A stretch of 64,000 nucleotides of DNA. Origin: Bugula neritina. Its lineage: Eukaryota; Animalia; Bryozoa. Below the pieces are notes generated by a model. That model was given only the letters and a program-made list of their open reading frames with translations. It was not told the DNA's origin and ran no database searches. Each line of letters starts with the position of its first letter. Positions within the stretch are counted from its first letter, which is position 1. The stretch covers positions 2,976,001-3,040,000 of the forward strand of contig OZ037769.1 in NCBI GenBank assembly GCA_964035545.1. The letters run 5' to 3'. Shown here piece by piece: positions 13,501 through 27,300 of the stretch. Position numbers and translations under genes: made by a program.

Positions 13501-16500
13501 TGCTGTCAGCAAATATACGTATTTATGCTAGCTCTCTATGCATCTAGTCATATATACCTACGTACACGTATATTATGCTTGTGTATATATTTTTTTCTTT
13601 CTAATGAGTATTTACATACGAATCTATTAAATAAAATGTCTTTTAAATTTTAACCGTTGCATTTTATCTATAGTTTTATATAATATATACACGTCGTACA
13701 TGTTTGTCTGTATCATATTGTTTAAAGATTGGGAGGGGCTTTTCATTTGTTGTGCATTCAAAGGTTTTGCATCTTTTCATGCACCCAGTATACTATACTA
13801 AACTCACTGTAGTCAATCTTTAACAAGTTAGGCAAGCTAATTCTCTTATCTACCACCCTCGCATGTTCACTGAATGAACCAGCACTTTACCCATCATGGC
13901 TGCACTCATGAAATCTTCAGAAAAAGAATCAGTTTGAAACAACTGGGTGAGATTCTGTTAGGTAAAATATCAGTCTAATAATTGACTATTTCGTTGTGTG
14001 CATGTGATCAGGTGATCGTAACGTCCTATCTGCAGGGTATGTAGTTGGCAGCGTCAGCATGCAGTCTAGTCCTTGCTGCTGGCTGTTGAAGGTGCCTCGG
14101 CCAAATTCTTTTGATGTCAATCATGCTGGATGAATGTGGGGGTAGCTAGATGAGGGTAACCTGCTAATGCAGTCTCTCTTGCTAATATAGTACTCTATGA
14201 TGAAATAGATATCAATTTTATTGCGATGAAACGTAGATGTTAAGAGCCATCAGTTATAGATAATTCAACATATTTTTTTCATATCTACCTTAGGATGACA
14301 ATACTACATTATATGATGTTGGAGAGTTCCTGTTACATCATATAACTGATTTAACTTATTCATGTTGAACTTTTTTAAATGGAAAGTTTCTACTTTTTTC
14401 TATTGTTAAAGCAGAGGCACCAAAGCAATTTGCATCTTTTCAAGACTCGTGAAATTTTATTACCTTTGGGTTAGTGGCATAAAACAAGTTTGCAAGTATA
14501 ATTTCATTTTGTAAAGTGTTAACTTGAGGTTGAGATATGCATTATATCTGTTTGACATGAGTCTTGCGTGGGCAGTGGATGGTCTTAGTTTTCAACTCAA
14601 GTATGTAACGCAGTCTCTTTGTAGTTTATAACCTGAGCAAATAATATATTGTTAGTTACGTTTTTAGAAATATCTTTTGTGATGTCAAGGTTTTGGCAAA
14701 AAATCAACAATGACTTGACAAACAGAGATCTCAATTTGAATAGGATGCCTCAAATATCTTGAGCTACAATTTGATTGGCTGCTATTTTTAGAAATTTCTA
14801 CAAGACATAAGTAGCATTCATTTAGACAATTCAACCGTAGACAGTGACGGCTTTTGAGTGTCACATGACCCTTGATCATCTTCTAGTTAGGGACGCTCAC
14901 TGCTAATCCTCTATCTCAATTCATGTGCATACTGTTTCCTGCGCCAGAATTATGTTCAAATAAAACCGGTGAATAAGATTCTATTATGAAATCTTGCAAA
15001 CAAATAATAGACAATACAAAAAATGCAGATTATTTATCTTCTTAAATCTTATCGAGTAATTGCTAACACAAGGCTGATGTCATAAGCAAATATTTACTCA
15101 AAGTGAAACTTTTAAAAAGAATGAAGTTTAGATGCCTATAACAATAAACACGAGCACGTATTGTATTGACTAATATATCAGTGCTAGTATACATTCCCTC
15201 CTCATACCTATTTGTCATATGATATGTTGCTATAAGCTGTAAACACTATAAATGTTTGATTTCTTTTTCAAAATTCACCTGATGAATATATTATATATAA
15301 AACTCACCTGATGAATATAACATGTATATGACTAAGTGTAAACTGATATTACGCTCAGCAATAATATATGGTATAATGTAAAAATTGTTATAATCTACAA
15401 TAGTATATAGTACGTTTGTAGAAATTAATATATACTCTGTAATAATATATAGTATAATGTAGAAATTAATATATACTCTACAATAATATATAGTATGTGT
15501 GTAGAAATTGAAAACCACCAATTTTATTTATTTTCCAATTTTCTAATCTGCATTATTATTGATGCTGAAAAAGTTTTACCCCCCCTCCCCTTCTCCCAAA
15601 CTCCCCCTTCTCCCAATATCCACTTCTCCCAATCTCCACTTCTCCCTACCTCTTCTCCGCAAGAACAATATTTCCGCATGCAACTTTAGTCAATTCTTAG
15701 CGGTAGTTTAATTATATACATCGCAATATTTTAGGGCATGTGCAGATAGCCCAGGTTCCTGACAGACATGAACCAGACAGTGCGGGTGAGATCAACTACT
15801 CCTATGTCTTTGATGTATTAGAGAAGTGTAACTATGACGGGTTTGTGGGATTGGAGTATACGCCAGCAGGTAAAGGCTAAGTACTAGAAATGGTTTTAGA
15901 CTTGAGGTTTAACTTCTAAACAATTAATATACCTGCAAAAAGTTATATATTGCAAGTGTGCCGTATATTTCTTACATTGTTCATTCCGCTAATAGTTTTT
16001 ATCTTTTATTTGTTCAATTTATTTTTTTGGTTCTTTTACATTGTCTAATTGAAAAGATAATATTTTCTACACCTTTTTTCTTACCAATCAATTTCTGCAC
16101 TTATAGTGTATGTTGACAAAATGTATAGTTTACCTGTGTTTTTTAGGCGTTAAATTGAACCGTTCCTAAGTTTTACAAGCAATTGCAATGAGTAGTTGGT
16201 CCTCACGCTAATACTTGAAGCCAAATGTTTCATGCCAGTCCAATATTTAGTAGACAGAAGTATAATTTAGTAGAAAAACCTCTTTTATAAAAACATTTGC
16301 TTTTAAGTTCTTTTGAAGTCGACAAAATGATTTTGAAAGTTTTTTATGAAGATCAGCTTGGGATTTGTTTTCACATATCAGTTTAAAGGTTGTCTCCCTT
16401 TCTCTCCGTCTGCGTGTAATAATGAATGGTTATAGTGAGATAACTGCAGGAAGTAAGTTGTATGAGTAAAGATTCATCTGATTATTCCTGATTGTTTATG

Positions 16501-16550
16501 TATTGTTTACAGGTGCAACAGAAGATGGCCTTTCATGGCTGGCTACTTAG
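8896..16550 (+). CDS. HYI: Hydroxypyruvate isomerase
   Basis: Exons 8896-9097, 9524-9635, 9793-9974, 10999-11048, 12301-12370, 15735-15869, 16513-16550. Motifs LKFAANLHWLF, LHIMAG, LIEPIN, DFFHIQIMHGDL, GHVQIAQVPDRHEPD, GFVGLEY, TEDGLSWL. Divergent from CEPT1. Confidence 0.93.
10030..10103. repeat. (TA)n microsatellite
   Basis: Directly visible. Confidence 0.95.
10541..10589 (-). ncRNA. Minimal type-I hammerhead ribozyme motif (Penelope-like pLTR fragment, family 1)
   Basis: Minus strand: TACT-CTGAAGA-T-GGGCAC(AGTG)GTGCCC-GAAA-TA-TC-AGTA. About 90 bp (10499-10589) is homologous to 62940-63030 and 63546-63635. Confidence 0.8.
10637..10784. mobile_element. Inverted pair of Penelope-like pLTR fragments (family 2) with degenerate hammerhead motifs
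   Basis: Arms ~10637-10693 and ~10728-10784 are near-perfect inverted repeats. Minus strand reads TTTAT-CTGACAA-GTGCACAA(CATC)TTGTGTAC-GAAA-CTACTAG-TA-ATAAA. Plus strand reads TTGATGA-GTGTAC-GAAA-CTATTAG-TA-ATAAA. Confidence 0.6.
11436..11915. mobile_element. hAT-type MITE
   Basis: TIRs CAGAGTTGGGG / CCCCAACCCTG, subterminal AATTAC arrays, 8-bp target-site duplication ACCTATTG / ACCAATTG (7/8 match). Confidence 0.8.
12440..12568. repeat. Degenerate palindromic MITE-like element
   Basis: GAAAATCGCTTGAAGCAGCACAGAGTTGGTGGTCACTGA is an imperfect inverted repeat of TCGGTCACCCCAACTTGGTGCTTCTTCTAGCAATATTC. Confidence 0.45.
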
Positions 16551-17110
16551 TTACAGCAATGGACATATGTGGGAGAGGGCAACTCTCGGCAATAAAAGCT
16601 GCACTTGGCTATAGTTTTGTGTTCGAGCACCAATAGCATTATGTAAGAGGATAGTTGCCTATTGCTGTTTTAATGTTTCGTTATTGTAAAGCATTTTATT
16701 TAACTTTAGAAATTAGTTGGCTTTTTTGGAAATATGCACAAGTCTTGTAGTGTAATTATATATTTCAAATATTTTTATTTTATTTATGAAAATAATTTTC
16801 TGTTTTATAAATAAATTAAAAATGACATTTTATATATAAAACATATTATACAAAAAGATGCGAAGAAATCTTTAGACTATGACATTCACAATCATATTCT
16901 TGAGCATTGACTCAGCACCATAGACAGATAAGCTGCAGTGTTTCTGTTAAACAAATGCACTTAGAATAGTCACTCTTCACCATTCTGCCAGCAGATGGGT
17001 TTAAGAGAAAATATAAAAGGAAAGTTCACAATGCCTGCACTGGAATACAAAAAAATATTTACTTTAATTCATATTATGTACAAAAATTACAACAAGTATG
17101 CAAGGTAGAG

Positions 17111-18490
17111 TTACATGTGGCGCTTCATGTGCAAACTGAGGTGGTCACTTCGACTGAAGGCTCGTTCACACAGCTGACATGCAAATGGTCGCTCTCCAGA
17201 ATGCTTGCGATAGTGTCGAGTCAGCTCATCGCTTCTGGCAAATCGCCAGCCACATGACTTCTCCGGACATTTGTACGGCTTTTCGCCTGTGTGTGACCTG
17301 AGATGGGCCTTGAGGTGCGACGACTTGCTGTATGTTTTACCACAGCCTTCCTGTGGGCATGTGTGAATGGTAACTTTCTTTGGGTATGTTGTGCGTCTTC
17401 CTCGCTTCTTCTTGACTGGCTCAACCTTGACCGAAACAGTGTTGGTGGGTGATGTGGGTGGACTAGGCAGAATTTGTGGGTACATGCTAGCGGTGGGTAC
17501 TTGCTGTAGGGGTGGGGGTATGGGGGCGGAGGGTGGTGAAGTGACGGGATGTGATATACAGTAAGGGTTGTAGTTGGTTGGTGACTCGGGTGGTGTGCAC
17601 ATGCCGTACTGTGGTGGCTGGGGGGTGTTGCCCATGTGCATCATGTGGTATGCAGGGGATACTGGGGGAAACATTGGTTGCTGATTGTAAACTGGAGAGG
17701 TTGGACAACAGTTGACTAGAGTTGGTTGGTGTTGGTGTAAGTTGGTGGTGTGTGGCTGCTGGTGGTGGTGCACTAGTTGCTGCTGCTGCTGCATATGCTG
17801 CCGTGTTGATTGCTGTTGTCTGTAGTTCTGTATGTACTGAGGAATACTGGAGAATGTCGTCTCGTAATCGACATTGAGAAGGTCACCGCCGTGACACTCG
17901 ACATTGTTATTTACAGGTTCTTGTTTGATTGGCTGTTGGTTGAACTTGTTCTGTTGTTCTACTTCATACATGGAGTTCTTAAGAATGAAGTCTAGATCGA
18001 GGAGGTCTTCCTCTGAGAGGCTATACTCGTAGGAGGGTGTGGGTGGGGTGCATGGCGCCGATGATACCTCACTCTCACATCTGTTGAACTCAGGTCTGAA
18101 AGACTGTTGCTCTTTTTCTACCAACATTTGTTCTATCTGTAAAAAAAGTAAATAAATACTTATTACTCAGTCACAAAATACACAAACTCGACAAATGCTG
18201 GTTCTACAGCTGTGTTACAGGGGATTGTAGAAGCAAGCAAGCTTTATTGTGCTGAAAATACAGTTTATAAGCTTTTAGACTACGAGTAGAAAGCAAAACT
18301 TAGATCACCCCATCCAATACACACTCTACCCTATTGCAATTCAATAGGTTTTGTTCTTTTCACAACATTATTGTTATTATAATTGCACACACATAGTCAT
18401 ACAATGAACAGTAATATGATGGTTGCTTACCGTCTGATACTCCATGGATAGATCTCCAAATCTGCAATCCCTATACATAGGTGACTCCAT
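17111..18490 (-). CDS. Kruppel-like factor, KLF1/2/4 subfamily
   Basis: Exons 18490-18431 and 18136-17111 (phase 0). Three C-terminal C2H2 fingers ([24 protein letters not shown]...[14 protein letters not shown]...[15 protein letters not shown]), basic KKKRGRR, N-terminal LLDLDFIL motif typical of KLF2/4, Pro/Gln-rich middle. Confidence 0.92.
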
Positions 18491-18525
18491 TTGCACGGTG
18501 TTAAAACTTCAGTTTTCGTGAGCTT

Positions 18526-18656
18526 ACTGATTCCCAAACTGGCGAGTGCTAAGTTTTATTGAATAGTGCTAGCAGAATCACTGAATTCAGGAACCTTTGG
18601 GCAACCCATGACGTATTCGATTAGCGCAACCAATGAAAGCGCTAGGCTAAAAATAG
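18526..18656 (-). promoter_or_regulatory. Putative KLF core/proximal promoter: Inr, TATA-like box, CRE-like, CCAAT, MEF2 site
   Basis: Minus-strand ATCAGT (Inr, A at 18528), AATAAAA about 32 nt upstream (18560-18554), TGACGTA 18609-15, CCAAT 18630-34, CTAAAAATAG 18647-56 (matches CTA(A/T)4TAG). Confidence 0.55.
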
Positions 18657-20034
18657 ATGGTATATAAAGCAATGCTCGCCTTCACAATTGAGCGCACTCG
18701 CTACACAGCAGCTCTACAGTAACCAACCATATCAGTGTATCATCATTAAAAGGCATTCCAATAGACAATTACTACTGCAGCGATCTGACTAATATTGTTT
18801 GTGTATGAAGTAGAAGATTTCAAAGGAACTGTTGCTTAGATATTACGATTAATCACATTGTTATGATTATACTGTACATAGCACTGCATGTACTTCGCAA
18901 GGCTGGCTAAGATTTTTCATATTGCAAACAGTTTTCACCCTCGTTTTTTGTGCTAAATCTTGCAAGTTTAATTAACCAAATATCATATCCTACTTTTAAC
19001 CATACACTGCAACCTTGTCAAAGGCTGACATTACACATTTACGGGTTTTCTATTATTCTTGAGCTAAAGCCTAAACTGTGTTAAAGTTATTTGTAGATCG
19101 TGTACATGGAATCCCTCTTTGCTCATTTTTTACTCAAAATAATATAGCAAACTTTACTTTTTATTATTTAAATATTGTGCCGAAATAAGCCAATGCTCTT
19201 ATGGGCAATAATTAAATGTTCATTTTGCATAAAACATTCTTTGAAAACTGCGTCTATTTATGTCAAAGAAGTCCTTTTTCAAAATGTAATATTTTACTAG
19301 AGCAATATTTCTATGTGTATAACATCTTCGTTTCATACACAAACTCATTGAGCACAGCATTGCTTACAAAATAATATTTTGATATGTTATTGTGATGCCA
19401 ATTTGGGTATGTTGCTATGTAGTTTAGTAGTATTCCCTTGCTAGCTGTGATGCTAATTATATCCGGATGCCTCAAAGGTGAAAAATAGAAATTATTTTTA
19501 TTTCAAAATTAATATAGATGTATACAATAGCATTAGAAAACCTGTTCCCCATGGAATAACGACTCCAACACTTATACATCAATTTTCATTCACTTGTTGT
19601 TATGCATAACTAGAATGAGTATTGCATTTGGTTAAGTTGCTTTCAAGATTGTTTACTTTTGTTTTGTGGTTGTTTAGGAACTGATGCTGCGGTGATGTCA
19701 GTGGAGGGAAACGGCTAGAGTTTGCACAATTCTTCAAATTGAACAATTTGGTTTTCAGTACGGATTTACGTCAGTTGATATGAGAAAAGTGTGATATAAC
19801 TGCCCCTTATCTTAGGTCCTTCTTATTATTAGATAAACAATATATGTTATATAGGAGATAAGTTCTTTTATTTTTAGTTACATGAAATCTGTTAAGCAAA
19901 CAGGTCTTTGTTTTAAAAGGCTGTCTGAATGAAGTTGTTTTGTTTTATAAGCAACCTTTGTCTTCTCATTGGAGTTGAGTTGTAGCTTTTGGTATTTTAG
20001 AACCAGTATTAGAATAAAATATCTTATATTATAC

Positions 20035-20270
20035 TGTTTATTGTCTATACTGTAATATATTGTATATATGCTGTATATTGTAAATAATATATACTGTAAT
20101 ACATTGCATATATGCTGTATAATGTAGGCCTATATATGCTGTATACTGTATATATGCTTTATATTGTATATATATCTTGTATATTGTATATATATCTTGT
20201 ATATTGTATATACTGTAATATATTGCATATACTGCATGCATATGGTGTATAATATATGTATACCATTTTA
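20035..20270. repeat. Degenerate AT-rich minisatellite (tgtatatatgctgtata-like)
   Basis: Directly visible; produces the spurious ORF 20038-20310. Confidence 0.75.
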
Positions 20271-22599
20271 ATAATATGTGATTAATATATATTTGCATGC
20301 ACAATGACATGGTATAACCATACTTTTTCGAACATTATTTAATGGCATATTTATGCATAGACAAAGAACATTGAATTAATATTTCATAATGATCTGCATG
20401 TGCGTAGGTGTTTTAGTCTGGTGATAACAAAACATAACAAGTCTAGACACAACGCCACAACTTTTCAAAAGTTTAAACATCCTAGCCATGCAAGAAAATA
20501 ACTGCCTTTATGCACCTCTACACCTATTGCAATATAGTGCATAAGTACAGTAAATAGCATGTTAAAGCCATCACTTTGGCATAGTCAGTTTATGACTCTT
20601 TTAAACTCATAGCCACTGCTGTCTCATGTTTATAGCCATAGTTTTTTACATCCTAGATTCTGTGGTGCTGCGTATGAGTCATTGCATGGGTGGTAACGGC
20701 AGCAGCAGCTAAAATTACACGCTGTCATTGGGTAATAAAAAATAAATAATGTGATTATTTACTCATATTGTGTCGACCAGCCCTCTTATATTGTAACATA
20801 AAGTCATCCATCAGCAAAGAGCTCAATTGAACAATCAATCAATCTTATTCAAAATATGCATTATAACTCTTTTTATAATATATTATAATACTATTTTTAT
20901 AATATAATATTATGATTTATCTCACACTTCTATCCGTATAATCTATTGTTACCTATTTTAAAAAAAGTTACAAATTTTAATGATTTATTATAATTTATAA
21001 CTCATTTTGTAATATACTATTCTGAAATATTGTTACAAGTCATTTTATAATATAATATTATGAACTGATTTGTAATATATTCAAACTTGTTTTTTAATAT
21101 AGAGATGTTGTGTTTTTGTACTTTTATCCCAAGATAGATGAAAGGACTACAGTAAATGAAACGTTGCCGTGCTTATATACGTCTTTGGGAGGGGAGAGGG
21201 GGGTAAAAATAGTTCTAGGAGAAAGCATCAGACTTTAGATGCACAATAGCAAAGTATTGTAATAGTCAAATAATTTTAGGAAGCAGCATTAAATTATCAG
21301 CCCTTTATCACACAAACTACCTTTCTAAAATATGGTTTGAATATTGTTATGATTTTTTACTTTTCTTTGAAATACAATTCACTACGGAGTCTTCATTAAT
21401 TAATTAATTGGAGTAGCATAGTATTGTTTAACAATTATAATTTGCTGTCACATGCATATTCGTAACTGAGCCCTGAATAACATGTTTGTTGTTGTTTATC
21501 AAGTAGTATGACTCATAATAAAGGCAGCAGCTGTCAAAAAAATTATGTAAGGGAGAGAGTGTTCAGATGATTGGCTCGTGTTGTGTTAAGATGAGGTTAT
21601 TGATGCAAGTATCACCCTTCATTCACACTAAACAGTACATACAGTATGTAGGCCACTTTTAATGTGTCCGGGCTGAAGTTTTCAAAGTCCGCTATTAGGT
21701 ACGGTCTATGACACTTCATTAGACAATTGTACCCAATGAGTCAAAAGTTTTTCTGTCCAATAGGAGCTTGCAGCAACATTTTTTAATCAAGCGGTACTTG
21801 ATCCTAACGTACAGGAAGCTCAGACTTTTGTAAAAATGGTTGAAATTTGCTGTGTAGTAAGTGTGAATAGAGGGTCGGTAATCTGCGTATCAAGAAATTT
21901 TAACCAATGTTTTACCAGCGTTCACAAAATCATCGTAATTGCTAATCCAGGCTCATCTTCAGATTTCACCAGATAACTGAAAGATTTAGAGATTAGGGGA
22001 GTATAAGTCACTAAATACACACTAGATGAAGGCTATTAATTCGTCACCAGCTTGATATATATGGCAGTAATGTGTCCCCACATCTTAAAATTGGTTATTT
22101 ATCCTGTCTGGATTAAATAGAAACAAATGGACATTTTGGAAAAAAGGCTAGCTACCTACCGTGGTAAAGGTAAATCTAGCTCTTCATATAGAGGCCTGAG
22201 CTTGTATATTAAAAAGTAGCTGAGAAAACATTAAGCTAAGTTTCTAGGGCATTTAGGCAATGTAATAAAATACTCGTCTAATACAGCTAATTGTGTGGGG
22301 AAAAAGAGCCATTCTAAAGGCTTTGCTTTTTTGAAGAGTTGAAATCTTTTAAAACCTTAAATATGTTTTCTAACTACCAAATGATGGTAGGAAATTTTGA
22401 CCAACTTTTTCTTAGTAAAAGAATCAAACATCAATTCTTTCAAAATCCACGAATTTAGGCTAAAAATATATTGACTACTTTTAGTTTCAATAGTTAATTT
22501 CAATAACATTAAAAATAATCTAATATTAAAAATACGACTTAAATTTTTCCAATGCGTACCTGCTTTTCTCCTGTTACACGACCATAATATTAAAAATAT

Positions 22600-22673
22600 T
22601 GGCCAGTACGGGGCTCGAACCCGCGACATTCGCGTTATTAGCACGACGCTCTAACCAACTGAGCTAACCGGCC
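22600..22673 (-). tRNA. tRNA-Ile (anticodon AAT)
   Basis: Reverse complement GGCCGGTTAGCTCAGTTGGTTAGAGCGTCGTGCTAATAACGCGAATGTCGCGGGTTCGAGCCCCGTACTGGCCA: cloverleaf with A and B boxes, anticodon loop CTAATAA, followed by a T-run on the minus strand. Confidence 0.96.
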
Positions 22674-23334
22674 TACATAGTAATTTACGGCATTAAACTA
22701 AATATGATAACTTTAGCTTTGCAAGTTTCAGCCATAACCGTAATCAAACTCAATTTAGAGTTTATTATTTATGCCCTTGTGATCACGCAATATAAATTAG
22801 CATACACACTAGATTTTAGTAGTTAAATCACTCCGTTTAGATGAAGCCAGAGTAATCTATATAGATTATTCTATACGCAGCTCCGAATTGGTGCTGGCTA
22901 AGTGCGATAGTTTGAGATTCTTATGTTAGGCAATATGATTTTGAATGGGAAAGCCACTGAGCTGGAAAAAACTTATTGAGTTCATTGGTGAAAGCAATCT
23001 AAGAGGAAAACAAAACGTTATCATAAGTTTTAGGGCTATTTTAACTATTCCATCGTATTCCGTTTGTACTCTCGTGCGTGCGCCAGAGATTCATTCATCA
23101 TTGCCTAGACCTCATTGCTTTTGTGAAAATAAATCAAAATGAAAATGTGACCATCATAATGAATAATCATTATAAGTATAAGTATAAGAAGTTTTAACAA
23201 TAAAGTATTTAACTGGCCATTTAATAATGTTTATTAAATATCATTTCAATAGTGATGGTCAAATTGAATTAGTTCCATTTTGATTATGAACCTGAAACGC
23301 CTAAATCAAAACTACTGTCAGTGTCTGGTTAAAC

Positions 23335-23990
23335 TTAATTACTATTAGTATTACTATTACTATTAGTATTACTATTATTATTAGTTAATAAGACTAAGTT
23401 ATAGCTAATACTAATACTAAGTCTAATAGTAATACTAATAGACAATAGTATTACTATTACTATTAGTATTAGTATTGTTATTAGTAATACCAATACTAAT
23501 AGACTAAGACTAATAGTAATACTAATAGTAAATGTAATACTAATAGTAATAGTAATATTTAATACTAATAGTAATACTAATAGTACTAACAAGTACACCC
23601 CTACACTTACAACCACAGCCCTACTGCTATTAGTATTACTATTACTATTAGTACTATTAATAATACTATTAGTATTAATTCATTAGCTCATATTTTTGAT
23701 AATTAAAAATTTATTGATGATTTATAATTATTATTATATACTAATACTATTACTAATATTTAATAATACTAATACTAATAGTTATACTTATACTTATACA
23801 GTATAACTTATAGTAATGCTGTAATAGTAATACTAATAGTAATACTTTAAGACTTAAGTTTAATATTAATAGTAATAGTAATAGTAGGCTATTAGTAATA
23901 CAGTATGAGTATCAGTATGTTTAACGGTAAAGCTAACAGTAACACTTTCACTATTACATTGGCTATTACTAAATCTAATAGTTACCTACT
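23335..23990. repeat. Low-complexity (TAG/TAA/TAC)-type 3/6-periodic tract upstream of PRMT5
   Basis: Directly visible tagtaatactaa-type periodicity. Confidence 0.8.
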
Positions 23991-24371
23991 TCGATACTTC
24001 GACTTTAGCACACGCTAGATCACCATAAGGCGCAAGAGGCGTTAATCATTTTAAGGTCATCATTTGCAATTTAGGGATTATTATCGTGATACAGTCATTG
24101 TTATTTTCATAACGGTACTAAAGGGAAAACATACAAACTGAAACACAACTATAAAATATCAACTAATAAAATTTTAAACATATTAGATGGCATTGGCCAT
24201 TAGTTTAAAGTGTATTTTTATGATTAAATTTTGATTTAAATCAACTCTTTCTCAAGATGAGCTAAAGGTTTTATAGTATTTTTGCATGTATACCTTGATA
24301 TGTTTTACTATATGTAACTGTTTTAAACTAGTTTATTTTCATTTTTAGATAATTTAATTGTTAATCTGAAT

Positions 24372-27300
24372 ATGGCTGAGAATGACAATATTTCCTGTGG
24401 AATTGACTACTCAACTTGTGTTGATATTTCATCAACATTAGAAGATGCCTCATCCAACAGGTTTGGCTAAAAACCTCGTTATTTGAATATTCTAATTCTA
24501 AAAAATTTTTGGCTAAAGAGTAAAGTTTGATTCCAGTTGAGTCATCCGTCAGATTTATTTTGATAAATCAGTCACCAGTCGACATGTTTGTGTAAATTAA
24601 CTTACAAAGGGTAATGCTTGTAGCCTATTTTTCTACCTTTAATTTGTCAATAAAACGTTGAAATTTTAAATTTATTTTTAATTTTCAATTATTTTTTCTT
24701 TCATGTTTATGTTTTGAAACACTCAGATTTTTATATCTGCAAAGCTGATAAGTAGCTGATGAAGTTTGCAGAATGCATAATAATGTTAGCAGCAAGGAAA
24801 AGTATGCCTAGTGTTAAAATTAACAAAAACCTACTCACGGTATAAATATAACTATACTCTATGTGAGAAACATTAGTATTTTACAATAGTATTTAATTTC
24901 TAGGCTGCTACAGTAATGTTACTGGTGATAAATTCTATTTATATATGCCATGCTTACAGCTATTGGAACATTGAAATTTATAACTGAATATAGCACATAC
25001 CCGGTTGCCTGATGATCATGCATATACAAATGAAAATGAGGTATTCTTAGTTGTTGTGCTCACTATTGAAAACAACTGGGCTAGTTCCTCAATCATAATA
25101 AATTTAATGTAATTAGGTGCAGTCAATGTTAAGTCTATGTGTTTCAAGTACTTAAGTCAATAAGTACTCTGGTCAAATTCTTAGAGCAAATTCCAGATGG
25201 TGTGATTGTATAATAAGCTCCAACATTAAGAACAGTTTTGTTACATGATTTCTCTGACAGCTAACTGACAGCTAACCAGTGCATGATGTCTCGCCCAATG
25301 AATTCCTAGACAATAAATCATATCTAATATCGTGTCTGGTATAATTATTTTTGTGTGGTGATTAAATTTTGAGATGAATGTTTCAAAGTTTGCCAGAAAC
25401 AAATTTACATTAAAATGTTTTTGATATTTTTAAAAATATATGAATAAAAAATGTACTTTTTACTTATGCTAGGTATGACTTTGTGTGTGTGCCACTCGTG
25501 CATCCGAGATATAAAAAAGATTTCCTGCACGATAAAGTGAGTCACCGACCGGGACCATATTCCAGATCTGACATGACACTTTCTTCTAAAGGTATAGCAC
25601 GTTCATTTCTAGGATGTTTCTGTTCTTCCATCTAAGAGAGCAGTCGTGATTAGGTTGGTCTAGGGGCTAGAATGCTGGCTTAGTAAACACTAAGTCAAAG
25701 GTTCTAACCCAACAAAAACCATTGGTGATGTTAGGAAGAGCATCCAATCATAATTGCTCCTGTGCCCCATCTGAATAAGTCCTTAGCCTCATTTAACAAA
25801 AAACCTTTTCATCAGGGGTTCTTACAGGGATAGTGACTATAAACTTGCTTGAGTTTTTTTTTCTTTTATCTAACCGCTAGCAATCTCTAAACCCCTGATA
25901 TTCTCATGTCTATGCAACAGTTGTGTCTCATGGAATTTTCAAATACTGATTTGAAGACCTGCAGGTTTTTTAGGTCCCCTTAGACCTCATTCTTGCCTGC
26001 ACACAGCAGCCCCTTCATGTTCACAATTAGCCTTGAAATGATTTATGCATATCACTTCCATCAATGAAAATAATGGCAAGTGATATGCATACTAATGCAT
26101 TCCACTCTACGCCATTGTTGTATAAATAATTATCAAACTTAACATAATCTTTAGCATTTACTCTATCTCTCTAGTGGTGTTTGCTGCAGGTTTCCTCTAT
26201 TTTTAGTAACATTTGAACCTCCAATAGAATGCCTCCAAATTTTAACTTGCCCTGGTGGTTGTGACAGGGGGTGATGGTACGACATGTAAATACGCTGTGT
26301 TCTCTAATTATAGCGTTTGACAAGAGTTGTTTGTGCCATTATTTAATAGTTGCCAAACAAAAAAAAGTTGTAAGTTAAAAGAAGTTTATTTCTGCATTGT
26401 CTTGGTGTGGAACCAGGATTTAATAGTTTTTTCTTGAAATAGATGTGAAATGGCTTCATTAGTTGTTTTTGCTAAGCTGGATAACAATACGCCATGAAAT
26501 TTCCAAACAGTAAAATTTTTTGGTATAATTTAAAGTTTTGTTAATGAATTAAAAGTTTGTTTGTTTAGCTGCATAACCTTAAATCATTTTTCTACACTTT
26601 TAGTAAGTTGTTGTTTATTTGTTGGAATAATGCATGTAGCTCATCACAATATATGATTTTATGATAGTCTATTATTTCTTTGTTTTATCCTTTTAGATTG
26701 GAGCAGCCTCATTGTGGGTAAAATATCACCATGGTTACAGCTAGACTCTGATGTGCTCGATATTAGGAAAAATTCTGAACTGGTAAGTAATATGCGTTTA
26801 GAGATCAATGCTGAGAGATATTAATGCTATCGGCAATCAGATTTAATTTAATTTAAAATTCTGTTCTTTACCGTATAAGTTTTTGGGTGTATCTTTCTGA
26901 CAGTTTCTTTTAATAATTATTTTGGTGCAAGGTTGTTATTTTAATAATATTAATACATGATGAACTTACATGTTGGAAACTTTTGCATTGTATGAACCAT
27001 GATAATAGCCTGTGTTCCTGTAGGCACTAACTCGGGAGTTGGAGTGGTCTTCTCACCTCTCCCTACCAGCTGTGTTGATGTGCTTGAAGAGTCATAAATG
27101 TTATAATCTAGCACGGGCAGTTTTAGAGCACAGTATGGCTTTAACCAGTTTACAGGTAATCTTATGTAATACACACAATATAATATACATAATATAATAT
27201 ACATAATATAATATACATGATATAATATACACAATATAATATACATAATATAATATACATAATATAATATACATAATATAATATACACAATATAATATAC

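Noticed and set aside
15270-15335. Two CTGATGA motifs in tandem as a hammerhead
   Set aside because: No GAAA after the AT-only stem and no stem I/III support; a simple short duplication.
17221-17995. Short ORFs overlapping KLF on both strands
   Set aside because: Shadow frames of a GC-richer coding exon.
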